Virus genome (UHGV): UHGV-0135234
Reading direction: 5' to 3' (one strand)
From: a virus
Length of the DNA stretch: 36,533 bases
A model generated the notes under the pieces. It saw only the letters and a program-made list of their open reading frames with translations, had not been told where the DNA came from and did no database searches. A program made the translations under genes and the position numbers. Of the stretch, positions 17,020 through 26,630 are shown in pieces. How positions within the stretch are numbered: position 1 is the first letter of the stretch; each line of letters starts with the position of its first letter.

Positions 17020-17070
17020 CGCCTGTTATTAACCTGTGGGTCGTAACAGACCCACTAATGGAGAAAGAAG

Positions 17071-17508
17071 ATGATCACCGACAAACTGTTGATGTTCTCC
17101 GAAGCTCAGGCGGTTACGAATACCGCGGCTTCTACTGACGTAATCGATCTCGGTCCAATTGACGGAAAACGTCGTGATATTGGCGTTGGTTACCCGCTTG
17201 AGTTTTGGGTGCTGGTTAACGAAGCCGCCACGGCAAGTGGTGAGGCAACTGTAAACATCCAGTTGCAGACGAGTGAGAATAACAGCTCTTGGACCACTAT
17301 TTATGATAGTGGTGCGTTGGCAAAGGCCACCCTGACAGCAGGTAAGCGAGTTGTTTCTGCAAAGGTGCCAGCCGGTGTTCAGCGATATCTGCGTGTTAAC
17401 TACTCCGTCGCAACTGGCCCACTAACGGCCGGCAAATTCACTGCGGGTATCAGTCTGGATGTTGATGCCAATACGCCGTATCCGATCCGCTCAAAAGTAA
17501 CTGGTTAA
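17071..17508 (+). CDS. putative capsid-associated structural protein
   Basis: 145 aa, Thr/Ala/Val-rich beta-type sequence; GGAGAAAG SD. Confidence 0.55.
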   Translation: MITDKLLMFSEAQAVTNTAASTDVIDLGPIDGKRRDIGVGYPLEFWVLVNEAATASGEATVNIQLQTSENNSSWTTIYDSGALAKATLTAGKRVVSAKVPAGVQRYLRVNYSVATGPLTAGKFTAGISLDVDANTPYPIRSKVTG

Positions 17509-17518
17509 GGTGATATCG

Positions 17519-17854
17519 ATGTCAGGTGAGAAACCAAGATACCGCGTTCTGCGCCTCTCTCATATCCATAACACTCTGTGGCCGGAGGGGGCAGAAATCG
17601 AATACGAAGGTGAGCCTGGTAGCGCACTGGAACCTGTTAACGATGCAGCCAGACAGGCAAAAGCAAAAGTTGCAGGAAAGGTGTCAATGGCAGCAACCAG
17701 CACCAAAATCATCAACGATGTGTCAGATGATGGTGAACTGGATAAGCTCCGTGAAGAGTACGAATTGCTCTTTAACGAGAAGCCACACCATAACGCTAAA
17801 GCCGAAACGCTCCGCGAGAAGATCGCAGATAAGCGTAAAGAACTGGGCGTGTAA
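17519..17854 (+). CDS. hypothetical virion-module protein
   Basis: ORF 17510..17854 (GTG); ATG at 17519 with AAGGTGA SD. Confidence 0.5.
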   Translation: MSGEKPRYRVLRLSHIHNTLWPEGAEIEYEGEPGSALEPVNDAARQAKAKVAGKVSMAATSTKIINDVSDDGELDKLREEYELLFNEKPHHNAKAETLREKIADKRKELGV

Positions 17855-17872
17855 GCCTCGCGAATCAGACAA

Positions 17873-17892
17873 GGGGCTTCGGCCCCTTTATT
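17873..17892 (+). terminator. terminator-like hairpin
   Basis: ggggc-ttcg-gcccc followed by TTTATT. Confidence 0.45.
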
Positions 17893-17904
17893 GCAGGAGT
17901 GTAT

Positions 17905-18228
17905 ATGGAACTCGTAAACCTTAAAACCGGCACTGACAGCTACCAGGATGAGAGCGGAGAAACCAGAACTCGCGATGAATACCCGTGGGGGCTGTGCATC
18001 ACTCTTAATAACGACACATTGAATAAGCTGAAGGCGCAACCTCAGGGCGTCGGAACAGAAGTGATGATAACGGCAAAGGCTGTTATTCGAGGCCTGTCTG
18101 CCAGAGAAACTGACGATGGTGTTAATCGCAGCGCCGATCTGCAGATCACTGATATGGCGATCGCTCCTGTTTCCGGGGATGTAGAAAAATCAGCGGCTGA
18201 AACTCTGTACGGCAATGGGGGGGAGTAA
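17905..18228 (+). CDS. hypothetical virion-module protein
   Basis: ORF 17899..18228; ATG at 17905 with CAGGAG SD. Confidence 0.5.
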   Translation: MELVNLKTGTDSYQDESGETRTRDEYPWGLCITLNNDTLNKLKAQPQGVGTEVMITAKAVIRGLSARETDDGVNRSADLQITDMAIAPVSGDVEKSAAETLYGNGGE

Positions 18229-18833
18229 TGGCCTCTGTAGTAGAGATCTGCAATCGTGCGTTGTCCAATATTGGCAACAGCCGCAGCATTAACAGCCTGA
18301 CGGAAGCCAGCAAGGAAGCGGGGGAATGTTCGCTGCACTTTGAGGCCTGCCGTGATGCTGTTCTTTCTGATTTTGACTGGAACTTTGCTACCAAACGCGT
18401 GGCGCTTGCAGATACGAGCAATCCACCGCCTGACTGGGAATACGCGTACCAGTACCCGTCAGATTGTCTGCGCATTACTGAAATTATGCTTCCTGGTGTA
18501 CGCAATCCAACAGCAGCAATGCGCGTTCAGTACGAAGTTGGTGCAGACACCAACGGAACAGGAAAGTTGATCTACACAGACCAGCCTCAGGCATGGCTCA
18601 AGTATGTCTCTCGCGTTACAGATGTGAACATGTTTGATGCCATTTTTATGGAGGCGTTGGCCTGGCGTCTTGCGGCAGCCATTAACATGGCGCTGACTGG
18701 GAATGCAGACCTCGGTACGTTTGCCCTCAATATGTACAATCGCGTGATTCTTAGTGCTGGCTCGCATAGCCAGAATGAATCACAGGAACCACAGCCACCG
18801 GTTGACGAGTTTACCATTGCGAGGTTGTCCTGA
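18228..18833 (+). CDS. tail tubular protein A-like (T7 gp11-like adaptor)
   Basis: 201 aa (T7 gp11 is 196 aa); N-terminal pattern resembles gp11; precedes a gp12-sized gene. Confidence 0.5.
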   Translation: MASVVEICNRALSNIGNSRSINSLTEASKEAGECSLHFEACRDAVLSDFDWNFATKRVALADTSNPPPDWEYAYQYPSDCLRITEIMLPGVRNPTAAMRVQYEVGADTNGTGKLIYTDQPQAWLKYVSRVTDVNMFDAIFMEALAWRLAAAINMALTGNADLGTFALNMYNRVILSAGSHSQNESQEPQPPVDEFTIARLS

Positions 18834-21304
18834 TGGCTATCAGTTGGATCCAGCCCAGCTTTGCCGGTGGTGAGATTGGACCGTCGTTGTACGGTCGTAT
18901 CGACATGGCGAAGTACCAGGTGGCATTGCGCAAGTGCGATAACTTTATCGTGCGGCAGTATGGCGGCGTTGAGAATCGACCTGGTACGCGTTTTGTCGGT
19001 GCCGCCAAATACCCAAATCGGAAATGCCGCCTGATCCCGTTCCAGTTCTCGACGGTTCAGACCTATGCTCTGGAGTTCGGACACCAGTACATGCGCGTTA
19101 TCAAAGATGGTGCGTTGGTGCTGAACAGCAGCAATGTTATTTATGAAATTGCCACGCCATATACTGAAGCTGATCTGTTCCGAATTAAATTCACGCAAAG
19201 CGCCGACGTGCTTACGCTGGTTCACCCGGCATACCCGCCGAAAGAGTTGCGCCGATATGCTCATGACAACTGGCAACTGGTTGATGTGGTAACGAAGAAC
19301 GGGCCATTTGAAGATATCAATATTGACGAGTCAGTGACGGTTTATGCCAGCGCCAGCACCGGGACAATTACGTTAACGGCAAGCGCCTCTATTTTTGGCG
19401 CGGAGCAGGTAGGCAAATTGTTCTATCTGGAACAGCCTGCAGTGGATTCAGTGCCGGTATGGGAAACCAGTAAGAGTACGTCGATTGGCGATATTCGCCG
19501 TGCAGACAGTAACTACTATCGCGCCGTTACAGCAGGCAAAACAGGTACTTTGCGCCCTTCGCATACAGAAGGCACATCATGGGATGGCTGGGGCGGATCC
19601 GGTGATGATGATACTGGCATTGAGTGGGAATATCTGCACAGTGGTTTTGGCATTGCCCGTATCACTGCTGCAAATGGAACTACTGCAACTGCCGAGGTGA
19701 TTTCCTATATCCCTTCGCAGGTAGTTGGCGAGGATAATGCCAGCTATAAATGGGCTAAATATGCCTGGAACAGTGTTAATGGTTATCCTGGCACTGTTGT
19801 TTATTATCAACAACGTCTTTACTTCGCCGCATCGACTGCGTTCCCTCAGACTATCTGGGCCAGCCGTACCGGGGATTATAAGGATTTTGGCAAAAGCAAT
19901 CCTACGCAGGATGACGACAGAATTATCTACACCTATGCCGGGCGTCAGGTTAATGAGATCCGCCACCTGATTGATGTCGGTTCGCTGGTGGCACTGACTT
20001 CCGGAGGTGAGTACGTCATCACCGGCGACCAGAACAAAGTGTTAACCCCATCATCATTTGCATTCAGCTCTCAGGGATCAAATGGCTCTAGCAATGTCCC
20101 ACCAATTGCCGTGGCGAATATTGCTCTGTTCGTCCAGGAGAAAGGCAGTGTTGTCCGTGATCTGGCCTACTCATTCGATGTTGACGGCTATCAGGGGAAC
20201 GACCTGACCATCCTTGCCAATCATCTTTTTCAGAAGCACAGCATTGTTGACTGGTGCTTCTCTATTGTCCCTTACTCCAGCGCCTTCTGCATTCGTGATG
20301 ACGGTAAATTACTGGTGATGACCTATTTGCGTGATCAGCAGGTTTTTGCATGGGCACCACAATCCAGTACCGGAAAATATGAAAGCACATGCAGTATCAG
20401 CGAAGGAAATGAAGATGCGGTGTATTTCGTCGTTAACCGAACCGTTAACGGGCAAACAGTGAGATACATCGAGCGACTGTCCAGCCGTTTATTTACCAGC
20501 GATGAAGATGCTTTCTTTGTTGATTCTGGCCTTAGCTATGATGGAAGAAATACGTCTGACAGAACGATGACCATCACTGGTGGTTCTGGCGAATGGGATT
20601 ACCGCGCGGAATATACAATCAGTATTTCTGGTGGTGCGTACTTCACCAGTAGTGATGTCGGTGCGCAACTACAGTTCCCTTATACCGGAACTGATCCTGA
20701 TACTGGCGATGAAGTGTCAAAAGAATTACGTTGCGACATTATTTCTGTAACCAGCAACACCGCTGTAGTGGTTCGTGCTAACAGGAACGTCCCGCCATCC
20801 CTCAGGAATGTGGCCACCACGAACTGGCAGATGGCGCGCCGGGCATTTGGCGGCTTGTCTCATCTTGAAGGTCAGACCGTAAACATCCTCTCTGATGCGA
20901 ACGTGGAACCACAGAAAGTAGTTTCCGGAGGTGCCGTCACGCTGGAATCACCGGGGGCTGTAGTGCACATCGGCCTGCCAATAACTGCTGAATTCGAAAC
21001 ACTGGATATCAACATTAACGGACAGGAAACGCTGCTGGACAAAAAACAGGTGATCCCATCCGTTACTCTGGTTGTGAATGCCAGCCGCGGCATCTGGGCG
21101 ACTACGCCCGGCGGTAAATGGTACGAATATCCACAGCGTGAATTCGAGTTCTACGATGATCCTGTTGATGACGCTACCGGAAAAGTAGAAGTGAAACTGG
21201 ACAGTAACTGGGGCAAAAACGGACGTGTAAGAATCCGTCAGCTTGACCCGTTGCCGCTGTCTGTTCTTGCCGTTATTCCTCGTCTTACTGTTGGGGGATT
21301 CTGA
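18833..21304 (+). CDS. tail tube/nozzle protein (T7 gp12-like by size and synteny)
   Basis: 823 aa (T7 gp12 794 aa); ATGA-coupled to upstream gene. Confidence 0.6.
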   Translation: MAISWIQPSFAGGEIGPSLYGRIDMAKYQVALRKCDNFIVRQYGGVENRPGTRFVGAAKYPNRKCRLIPFQFSTVQTYALEFGHQYMRVIKDGALVLNSSNVIYEIATPYTEADLFRIKFTQSADVLTLVHPAYPPKELRRYAHDNWQLVDVVTKNGPFEDINIDESVTVYASASTGTITLTASASIFGAEQVGKLFYLEQPAVDSVPVWETSKSTSIGDIRRADSNYYRAVTAGKTGTLRPSHTEGTSWDGWGGSGDDDTGIEWEYLHSGFGIARITAANGTTATAEVISYIPSQVVGEDNASYKWAKYAWNSVNGYPGTVVYYQQRLYFAASTAFPQTIWASRTGDYKDFGKSNPTQDDDRIIYTYAGRQVNEIRHLIDVGSLVALTSGGEYVITGDQNKVLTPSSFAFSSQGSNGSSNVPPIAVANIALFVQEKGSVVRDLAYSFDVDGYQGNDLTILANHLFQKHSIVDWCFSIVPYSSAFCIRDDGKLLVMTYLRDQQVFAWAPQSSTGKYESTCSISEGNEDAVYFVVNRTVNGQTVRYIERLSSRLFTSDEDAFFVDSGLSYDGRNTSDRTMTITGGSGEWDYRAEYTISISGGAYFTSSDVGAQLQFPYTGTDPDTGDEVSKELRCDIISVTSNTAVVVRANRNVPPSLRNVATTNWQMARRAFGGLSHLEGQTVNILSDANVEPQKVVSGGAVTLESPGAVVHIGLPITAEFETLDININGQETLLDKKQVIPSVTLVVNASRGIWATTPGGKWYEYPQREFEFYDDPVDDATGKVEVKLDSNWGKNGRVRIRQLDPLPLSVLAVIPRLTVGGF

Positions 21305-21768
21305 TGATCGATGTTCAAATTATTCCCGCCACCGAAGAGCATCTTCAGATGATTTTGCCGGATGTTCGTCAGGCTGATATTGACGAACTGTATGCGGTAT
21401 CGCTGATGACTACCGAAGATGCGCTGCGTGTTGGTCTTCGCACTGCGACTATGGCCTGGTCAGGATTTGCGAACGGAGAACTGGTAACCATGTTTGGCGT
21501 ATCTCCGGCGTCAATGATCGGTGGCAATGGTACGCCCTGGCTGGTAGGAACCAGCCGTATTGAAAAATATCAGAAGACATTTCTGCGCCACTGCCGCCCT
21601 GTATTGCAGCAGATGCTGGCAGTTTATCCGCGCCTGGAAAACTACGTCGACGAGCGAAACCATGTTGCCAAAGCATGGCTGCACTGGCTTGGATTCAGGC
21701 TTGAAGAAGCCGCGCCTTATGGTGCTCTTGGTCTTAATTTCCACAGATTTCACATGGAGAGAAAATAA
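21304..21768 (+). CDS. internal virion protein (gp13 position)
   Basis: 154 aa; synteny only. Confidence 0.5.
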   Translation: MIDVQIIPATEEHLQMILPDVRQADIDELYAVSLMTTEDALRVGLRTATMAWSGFANGELVTMFGVSPASMIGGNGTPWLVGTSRIEKYQKTFLRHCRPVLQQMLAVYPRLENYVDERNHVAKAWLHWLGFRLEEAAPYGALGLNFHRFHMERK

Positions 21769-22313
21769 TGTGCGATCCGGTTATTGCTGGTGGCGCAATG
21801 CTCGCCATGAGTGGCATTCAGGCATACACCCAGTACCAACAGGGAAAGTATGCCTCGAAGGTTGCAGAAGCGAACGCAGATATAGCCACAGCTCAGGCAA
21901 ATGATGCAATAAACAGAGGTAACGCTGAAGCTGAGCAACGGCGCAGAGAGACCCGACAGCGGCTTGGTACACAGGCGGCGACAATGGGGGCTACCGGCGC
22001 TGATTTATCTACAGGTAACGCGCTGGATATATTTGGCGACACTGCCCAGTTTGGCGCTCTTGATTCTCTGACGACGGTGAATAACGCGCAACGCGAGGCT
22101 TACGGTTATCAGGTTCAGGCTGCCAACTATAAAGCAGAAGCCAGTTCAGCCCGTAAACAGGGGAATGTGGGAGCAGCAACAACATTGCTCACTGCGCCTC
22201 TGAAGGCATACGGTGCGTACCAGATGTTTGGTGGGACGTGGAGTCCGTTTACTCAAAGCACCCCTGCGCCAATCGGAGCAGCAGCAGGAACCAGATTACC
22301 CGGAGGATTATAA
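21768..22313 (+). CDS. internal virion protein (gp14 position)
   Basis: 181 aa; Ala/Gly/Gln-rich. Confidence 0.55.
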   Translation: MCDPVIAGGAMLAMSGIQAYTQYQQGKYASKVAEANADIATAQANDAINRGNAEAEQRRRETRQRLGTQAATMGATGADLSTGNALDIFGDTAQFGALDSLTTVNNAQREAYGYQVQAANYKAEASSARKQGNVGAATTLLTAPLKAYGAYQMFGGTWSPFTQSTPAPIGAAAGTRLPGGL

Positions 22314-24826
22314 TGCCAGTCGTACCAACAGTATCCGGACGTCAGGTTGAGAGCCGTGGAGTTCAGTCAGCAGGCTTGCAGACGTTTTCTCAGCCAGGTA
22401 TTGGTGATGCTTTTGTTCGGGCAGGGGCAGAGGCAATTGATGTTTTGGGGCAGGCAAAACAGCGTGCCAATATTGCCTTGGCTCAGGAGGCATCTCTTAA
22501 CCTCAGTCAGATAAGCAGTGATTTGCTGAATAATCCTGAAACAGGATTGCTTAACCTGAAAGGGAAAAATGCTATTGGAAAAGGCCATGAGTATACGCAG
22601 CAGTTTGATGCTCAGGTCGAACAATTGGCTATGTCGCTGCCGGATGAACAGGCTCGTAATGCTTTCATGCAGCAGGCGCAGCAGCAGCGCATTCAGTTCA
22701 CTACGCAGGCCGGGCGACACGAGATAGGGCAAATTAATGCCTACGAAGAAGGCCAGTTTCAGGCGACACTGCTGAACAATGGTAAAAATGCCGCAGCATT
22801 GTATGGCGACAACGCCGCATACGTATTGGCTAACAAACAAACTTTCCAGCAAATTGAGGAGTACGGTGTTGCACATGGCTGGAGCAACGAGCAAATCCAG
22901 GCCAAGAAAATCGAGTTTAAAGAGAAGGTTGCTGATGCTGCATTGTCCCAGTGGTCGGCAAACAATGCGACCGCATTCATCCAAAGTAATGGCGAGTTAA
23001 GTGATACTGCTGCTGGAGCTCGCCGTGCTGTAGCAGATAGTGACTCTTCCGAGCGTGCCCGTGGCATACGCAACAATAACCCAGGAAATCTCGAATACAG
23101 CAAAACTAATCCGTGGGTAGGCCAGACCGGTGATGATGGTCGATTTGCTAAATTCGAAACACCTGAACACGGGATTCGTGCATTAGGGCGGAACCTGATG
23201 TCGTATCAGAGGCAGGGTATTGATACCGTCAGCGAGATAATTAATCGCTGGGCACCGCCTGCTGATAAAAATGACACTATGTCGTATATCAAAGCAGTGT
23301 GCGAACAACTTGGCGTTTCTGCTGATGAGCCTCTCGATGCATCTAATCCTGATACCCTGAAGGCGCTTTGTGCAGCCATTATCCATCATGAGAACGGTAG
23401 CCAGCCATACAGTGATCAGCAGTTAACTGCTGGTGTCAGTGCAGCACTTGGTTTATCAACAATTCCAACCAACACCAAACGCTATACCGGTAATGCAGCA
23501 TTCGATGCGGCATCTCCTGAGGCGCAGGCAAGTTTTATGCGACAGGCGGATCAACTGCGTCGGCAGCAGCAGGCTGAATATAAAACGATGATTGACAGCC
23601 AGGTTCGCGATGCGACAGCTGCGTATATGCGTGGCGTTGAATTTCCTAACCCACCTGGTGAGGCTGATTTTATTGCAGCTTATGGAGTAAGAGAAGGAAA
23701 CCTGCGATATACCGAGTTCAGAAATACGCAAATCGCCGGACAGTATATAGGCTCTTTCCGCAACATGCCGACAAGCAGCATTACAGCATATGTTGAGCAA
23801 TTACGCCCGGATACTGGTGAGACAGGGGAGGGTTATGCGGCACGAGCCGCTCTTTATGACAACGTTGTGTCGGCTGCAAGTCAGGTGATAAAGCAGCGAC
23901 AGGCTGATCCTGTACAGTTCTCTCTTGCCGCCGGACAGACAAAGCCTATCGACATGAGCAATAAGGATAACTTTGGACAGAGCGTTGCCTTGCGTGCTGC
24001 TCAGGTCAGTGACCTTGCTAAGTCATATGGCACTCCACTGACGTTCTTTTCCAAAGACGAGGCCAATCAGATCGGTGTTTTCTTTCGTGATGCGCCCGTT
24101 TCCCAACAGGCAGCATATCTCGATACCATCAGGCAGAGCACTGGTGGTGGGCAGGTGTATATGTCAGCACTACAGCAGATCAGTGCCAACGCTCCATCTG
24201 CTGCCGTTGCCGGGATACTGATGGATAAGCCAGGTGGTATTTTGGCAGAAAAAAACTGGTTTAATCCGGATGTTTCCGTGTCTCCTGAAACCGCTGCGCA
24301 GACAATTCTTGCTGGAGCGGCGGCTCGTAAAGGTACTGATGATGCGAAAGGTATTCCGATGCCTAAAGATGCTGATCTTCGCCTTGAGTTTTCTGACATG
24401 GTGAAGGATGCATTTGCTGGTGACGCTCAGGGGGCATCAATGGCATACGAGATCGCAAAGGATTATTACGCTGGTGTGATGGCGAAAAAAGGCGTGGTAT
24501 CAGGCGAAATTGACAATGATGTCTGGAAACAGGCTGTTAACGTAGCTACAGGTGGCGTGCATGACTATAACGGAATGGGGAATGTCCTTTTGCCGTGGGG
24601 AATGTCTGCAGAGCAATTCGATAAGCAGGTTAATCAGGCTTGGAATGAACAAGTTGTCGGCTCCGGGATAAAAACACCGCCTGGTCAGTATGGTTTGCAA
24701 AGTTACGGCGATAGTCAGTACCTGGTGAAACTTGGTACTGGTTATCTGCTGAAAGATGATGGTTCTCCCGTTGTTCTTAATCTGACACAGAAACGTCAGA
24801 GATTCTCCGGAGATATTCCGCAATGA
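22313..24826 (+). CDS. large internal virion/ejection protein
   Basis: ORF 22238..24826; ATG at 22313 with GGAGG SD overlapping upstream stop; 837 aa; conserved block GIRNNNPGNLEY...WVGQ...RFAKF...GIRALGRNLMSYQRQG. Confidence 0.65.
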   Translation: MPVVPTVSGRQVESRGVQSAGLQTFSQPGIGDAFVRAGAEAIDVLGQAKQRANIALAQEASLNLSQISSDLLNNPETGLLNLKGKNAIGKGHEYTQQFDAQVEQLAMSLPDEQARNAFMQQAQQQRIQFTTQAGRHEIGQINAYEEGQFQATLLNNGKNAAALYGDNAAYVLANKQTFQQIEEYGVAHGWSNEQIQAKKIEFKEKVADAALSQWSANNATAFIQSNGELSDTAAGARRAVADSDSSERARGIRNNNPGNLEYSKTNPWVGQTGDDGRFAKFETPEHGIRALGRNLMSYQRQGIDTVSEIINRWAPPADKNDTMSYIKAVCEQLGVSADEPLDASNPDTLKALCAAIIHHENGSQPYSDQQLTAGVSAALGLSTIPTNTKRYTGNAAFDAASPEAQASFMRQADQLRRQQQAEYKTMIDSQVRDATAAYMRGVEFPNPPGEADFIAAYGVREGNLRYTEFRNTQIAGQYIGSFRNMPTSSITAYVEQLRPDTGETGEGYAARAALYDNVVSAASQVIKQRQADPVQFSLAAGQTKPIDMSNKDNFGQSVALRAAQVSDLAKSYGTPLTFFSKDEANQIGVFFRDAPVSQQAAYLDTIRQSTGGGQVYMSALQQISANAPSAAVAGILMDKPGGILAEKNWFNPDVSVSPETAAQTILAGAAARKGTDDAKGIPMPKDADLRLEFSDMVKDAFAGDAQGASMAYEIAKDYYAGVMAKKGVVSGEIDNDVWKQAVNVATGGVHDYNGMGNVLLPWGMSAEQFDKQVNQAWNEQVVGSGIKTPPGQYGLQSYGDSQYLVKLGTGYLLKDDGSPVVLNLTQKRQRFSGDIPQ

Positions 24827-26625
24827 GTTACTTTGGCCTTAATCCAGTAAACCAGAATCAGCAGCTTGACGAAGCAGCATCAAATCCAGCTGGCTTTAAC
24901 AGCGATGTTGGTTTTTTCGACAATGCTGTAGGAGCGGCATTGTCTGGTTTGTACTCCGGGCTGGTGGCAAAGCCAGATCAGTTGCTATGGGCAGGGATGG
25001 ATAAAATCGTATCCCCGATTGCTCAGTTTGTTAACGAAAACACCTCGCTCAATGATACTTCAGTTTCATACATTGCCGAGCAGAGAAAACTAGCAGAGCA
25101 GCAGGTTAAGCGGCTGACGCCTGATGCCGCGACAACTGGAACCGCTGGGCAGGTTCTTTATGGGTTGTTCGATATGGGCGGGCAGGCTGTTGTTGGTACA
25201 ACGCTCGGTGGTCCGGTCGGAGGTGCTGCGGCGGTAACTTCGCTACAGGGTTTTTCTGAGTTTGAACGGCTGACAGCACAGGGTGTTGATTTCAGGACGG
25301 CGCAGGAAGCGGGATTAGTGCAGGGCATTACTGCTGGTGCCGGAACGCTGATCCCTATAAGCCTCGGGTTACGTGCTGGTGGTGCGCTGGCGGAAGGTGT
25401 GGCGGCTCAGCTTGCACGGACGGGTGAAAGTTCAGTGCGACGCGCCGCAGCAACAGCAGTACGTGCAACGCCAGATATTGCCTATGCCGCAGGTACAAAT
25501 ATTGCGTTCGGTATGGCACAGCGTGGGCTTACTGCAAAAACGCTTCGTGATGGTGGCTATAGCGAAATGGCTAATCAGTATGATGTGTTGGATCGACAGG
25601 CAATTGCTATTGATGCTGTTCTTGGAGTGGCGTTTGGTGGTGTCGGCAGATTTATTAACTCTCGCGGCGAGTCTACAAGCGCACCAAATTTTTCACCAGT
25701 TGATGTCGATGCTGCACTGGCGGCGAATGCCGCTCATCATGCTGAAATTGATATTGCTCCCGGTGTGCCGATCAACGTGCTTTCGCGTAATTCGCACATT
25801 CAGGCTCTGCGAAAAGCCATGTCTGATGTTAGCCAGGGGAGACCTGTAGACGTTGCCAGCATTGTTGAGTCTGCATCTTTCAGTGAAATTCCTGGGCGCA
25901 AGAGTCTGCTTTCTCAGGCAGTTAATGAGGCTCTGTCATCTGTAGATGATGGAGTAACGGCGCGCGCTATAGAAAATCGGTTGCTTGAAGAACAGGCCGC
26001 GCAGCTTTTGCCGCGTGGCGATAGACAGGTTTACCAGTCTGAAATCGCTAATAGCCAACGAATTATTGAAAATCTCACTGAACAGCGCGCACAAATTCTT
26101 GCAGAAGAGCCAACCGGTAGCGGTAAAGCTTTGTCTCGTGCTCGATCAGATAAACAGGCCAGACTTCGCGATATTGATCAACGAATCCGGCAGGCACAAG
26201 AACGCCTGGAGTTTTCCCGTAACGCGTTGGCACCGCACGAGCCTGGCGGTCAGTTTTTTGAAGCTCGAGCAGAACTGGCACGACGACAGCAGGCAGAAAG
26301 TGAACTTAATGCTCAGGCTGTTTCATTCTATAAAACAGCAGAGGTCAGGACGCCAGACGAAGTAGCTCCTTTTGAGCCCGGTAAGATATTGCAACAGACA
26401 GAACAAAAAATGATGGCAGATCCGGCAGGAGATATTGATCTGCGTATAGCTGAAGACTCGCTGCTTGAATCTCCGGACATGATAATCACCGTGCTGGATG
26501 ATGATGGTAATCCACAATCGCGCAGTGCGCGTGAAGTACTGGATGAAGCGAACAGGGAAAGTGAGCAGGCAATACAGGATTCCAGCCTGTTTGATGTTGC
26601 TGTGGCGTGTTTCTTGAGAGGTTAA
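24823..26625 (+). CDS. large internal virion/ejection protein
   Basis: 600 aa; Gly/Ala-rich hydrophobic segments; ATGA-coupled. Confidence 0.65.
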   Translation: MSYFGLNPVNQNQQLDEAASNPAGFNSDVGFFDNAVGAALSGLYSGLVAKPDQLLWAGMDKIVSPIAQFVNENTSLNDTSVSYIAEQRKLAEQQVKRLTPDAATTGTAGQVLYGLFDMGGQAVVGTTLGGPVGGAAAVTSLQGFSEFERLTAQGVDFRTAQEAGLVQGITAGAGTLIPISLGLRAGGALAEGVAAQLARTGESSVRRAAATAVRATPDIAYAAGTNIAFGMAQRGLTAKTLRDGGYSEMANQYDVLDRQAIAIDAVLGVAFGGVGRFINSRGESTSAPNFSPVDVDAALAANAAHHAEIDIAPGVPINVLSRNSHIQALRKAMSDVSQGRPVDVASIVESASFSEIPGRKSLLSQAVNEALSSVDDGVTARAIENRLLEEQAAQLLPRGDRQVYQSEIANSQRIIENLTEQRAQILAEEPTGSGKALSRARSDKQARLRDIDQRIRQAQERLEFSRNALAPHEPGGQFFEARAELARRQQAESELNAQAVSFYKTAEVRTPDEVAPFEPGKILQQTEQKMMADPAGDIDLRIAEDSLLESPDMIITVLDDDGNPQSRSAREVLDEANRESEQAIQDSSLFDVAVACFLRG

Positions 26626-26630
26626 ATTAA

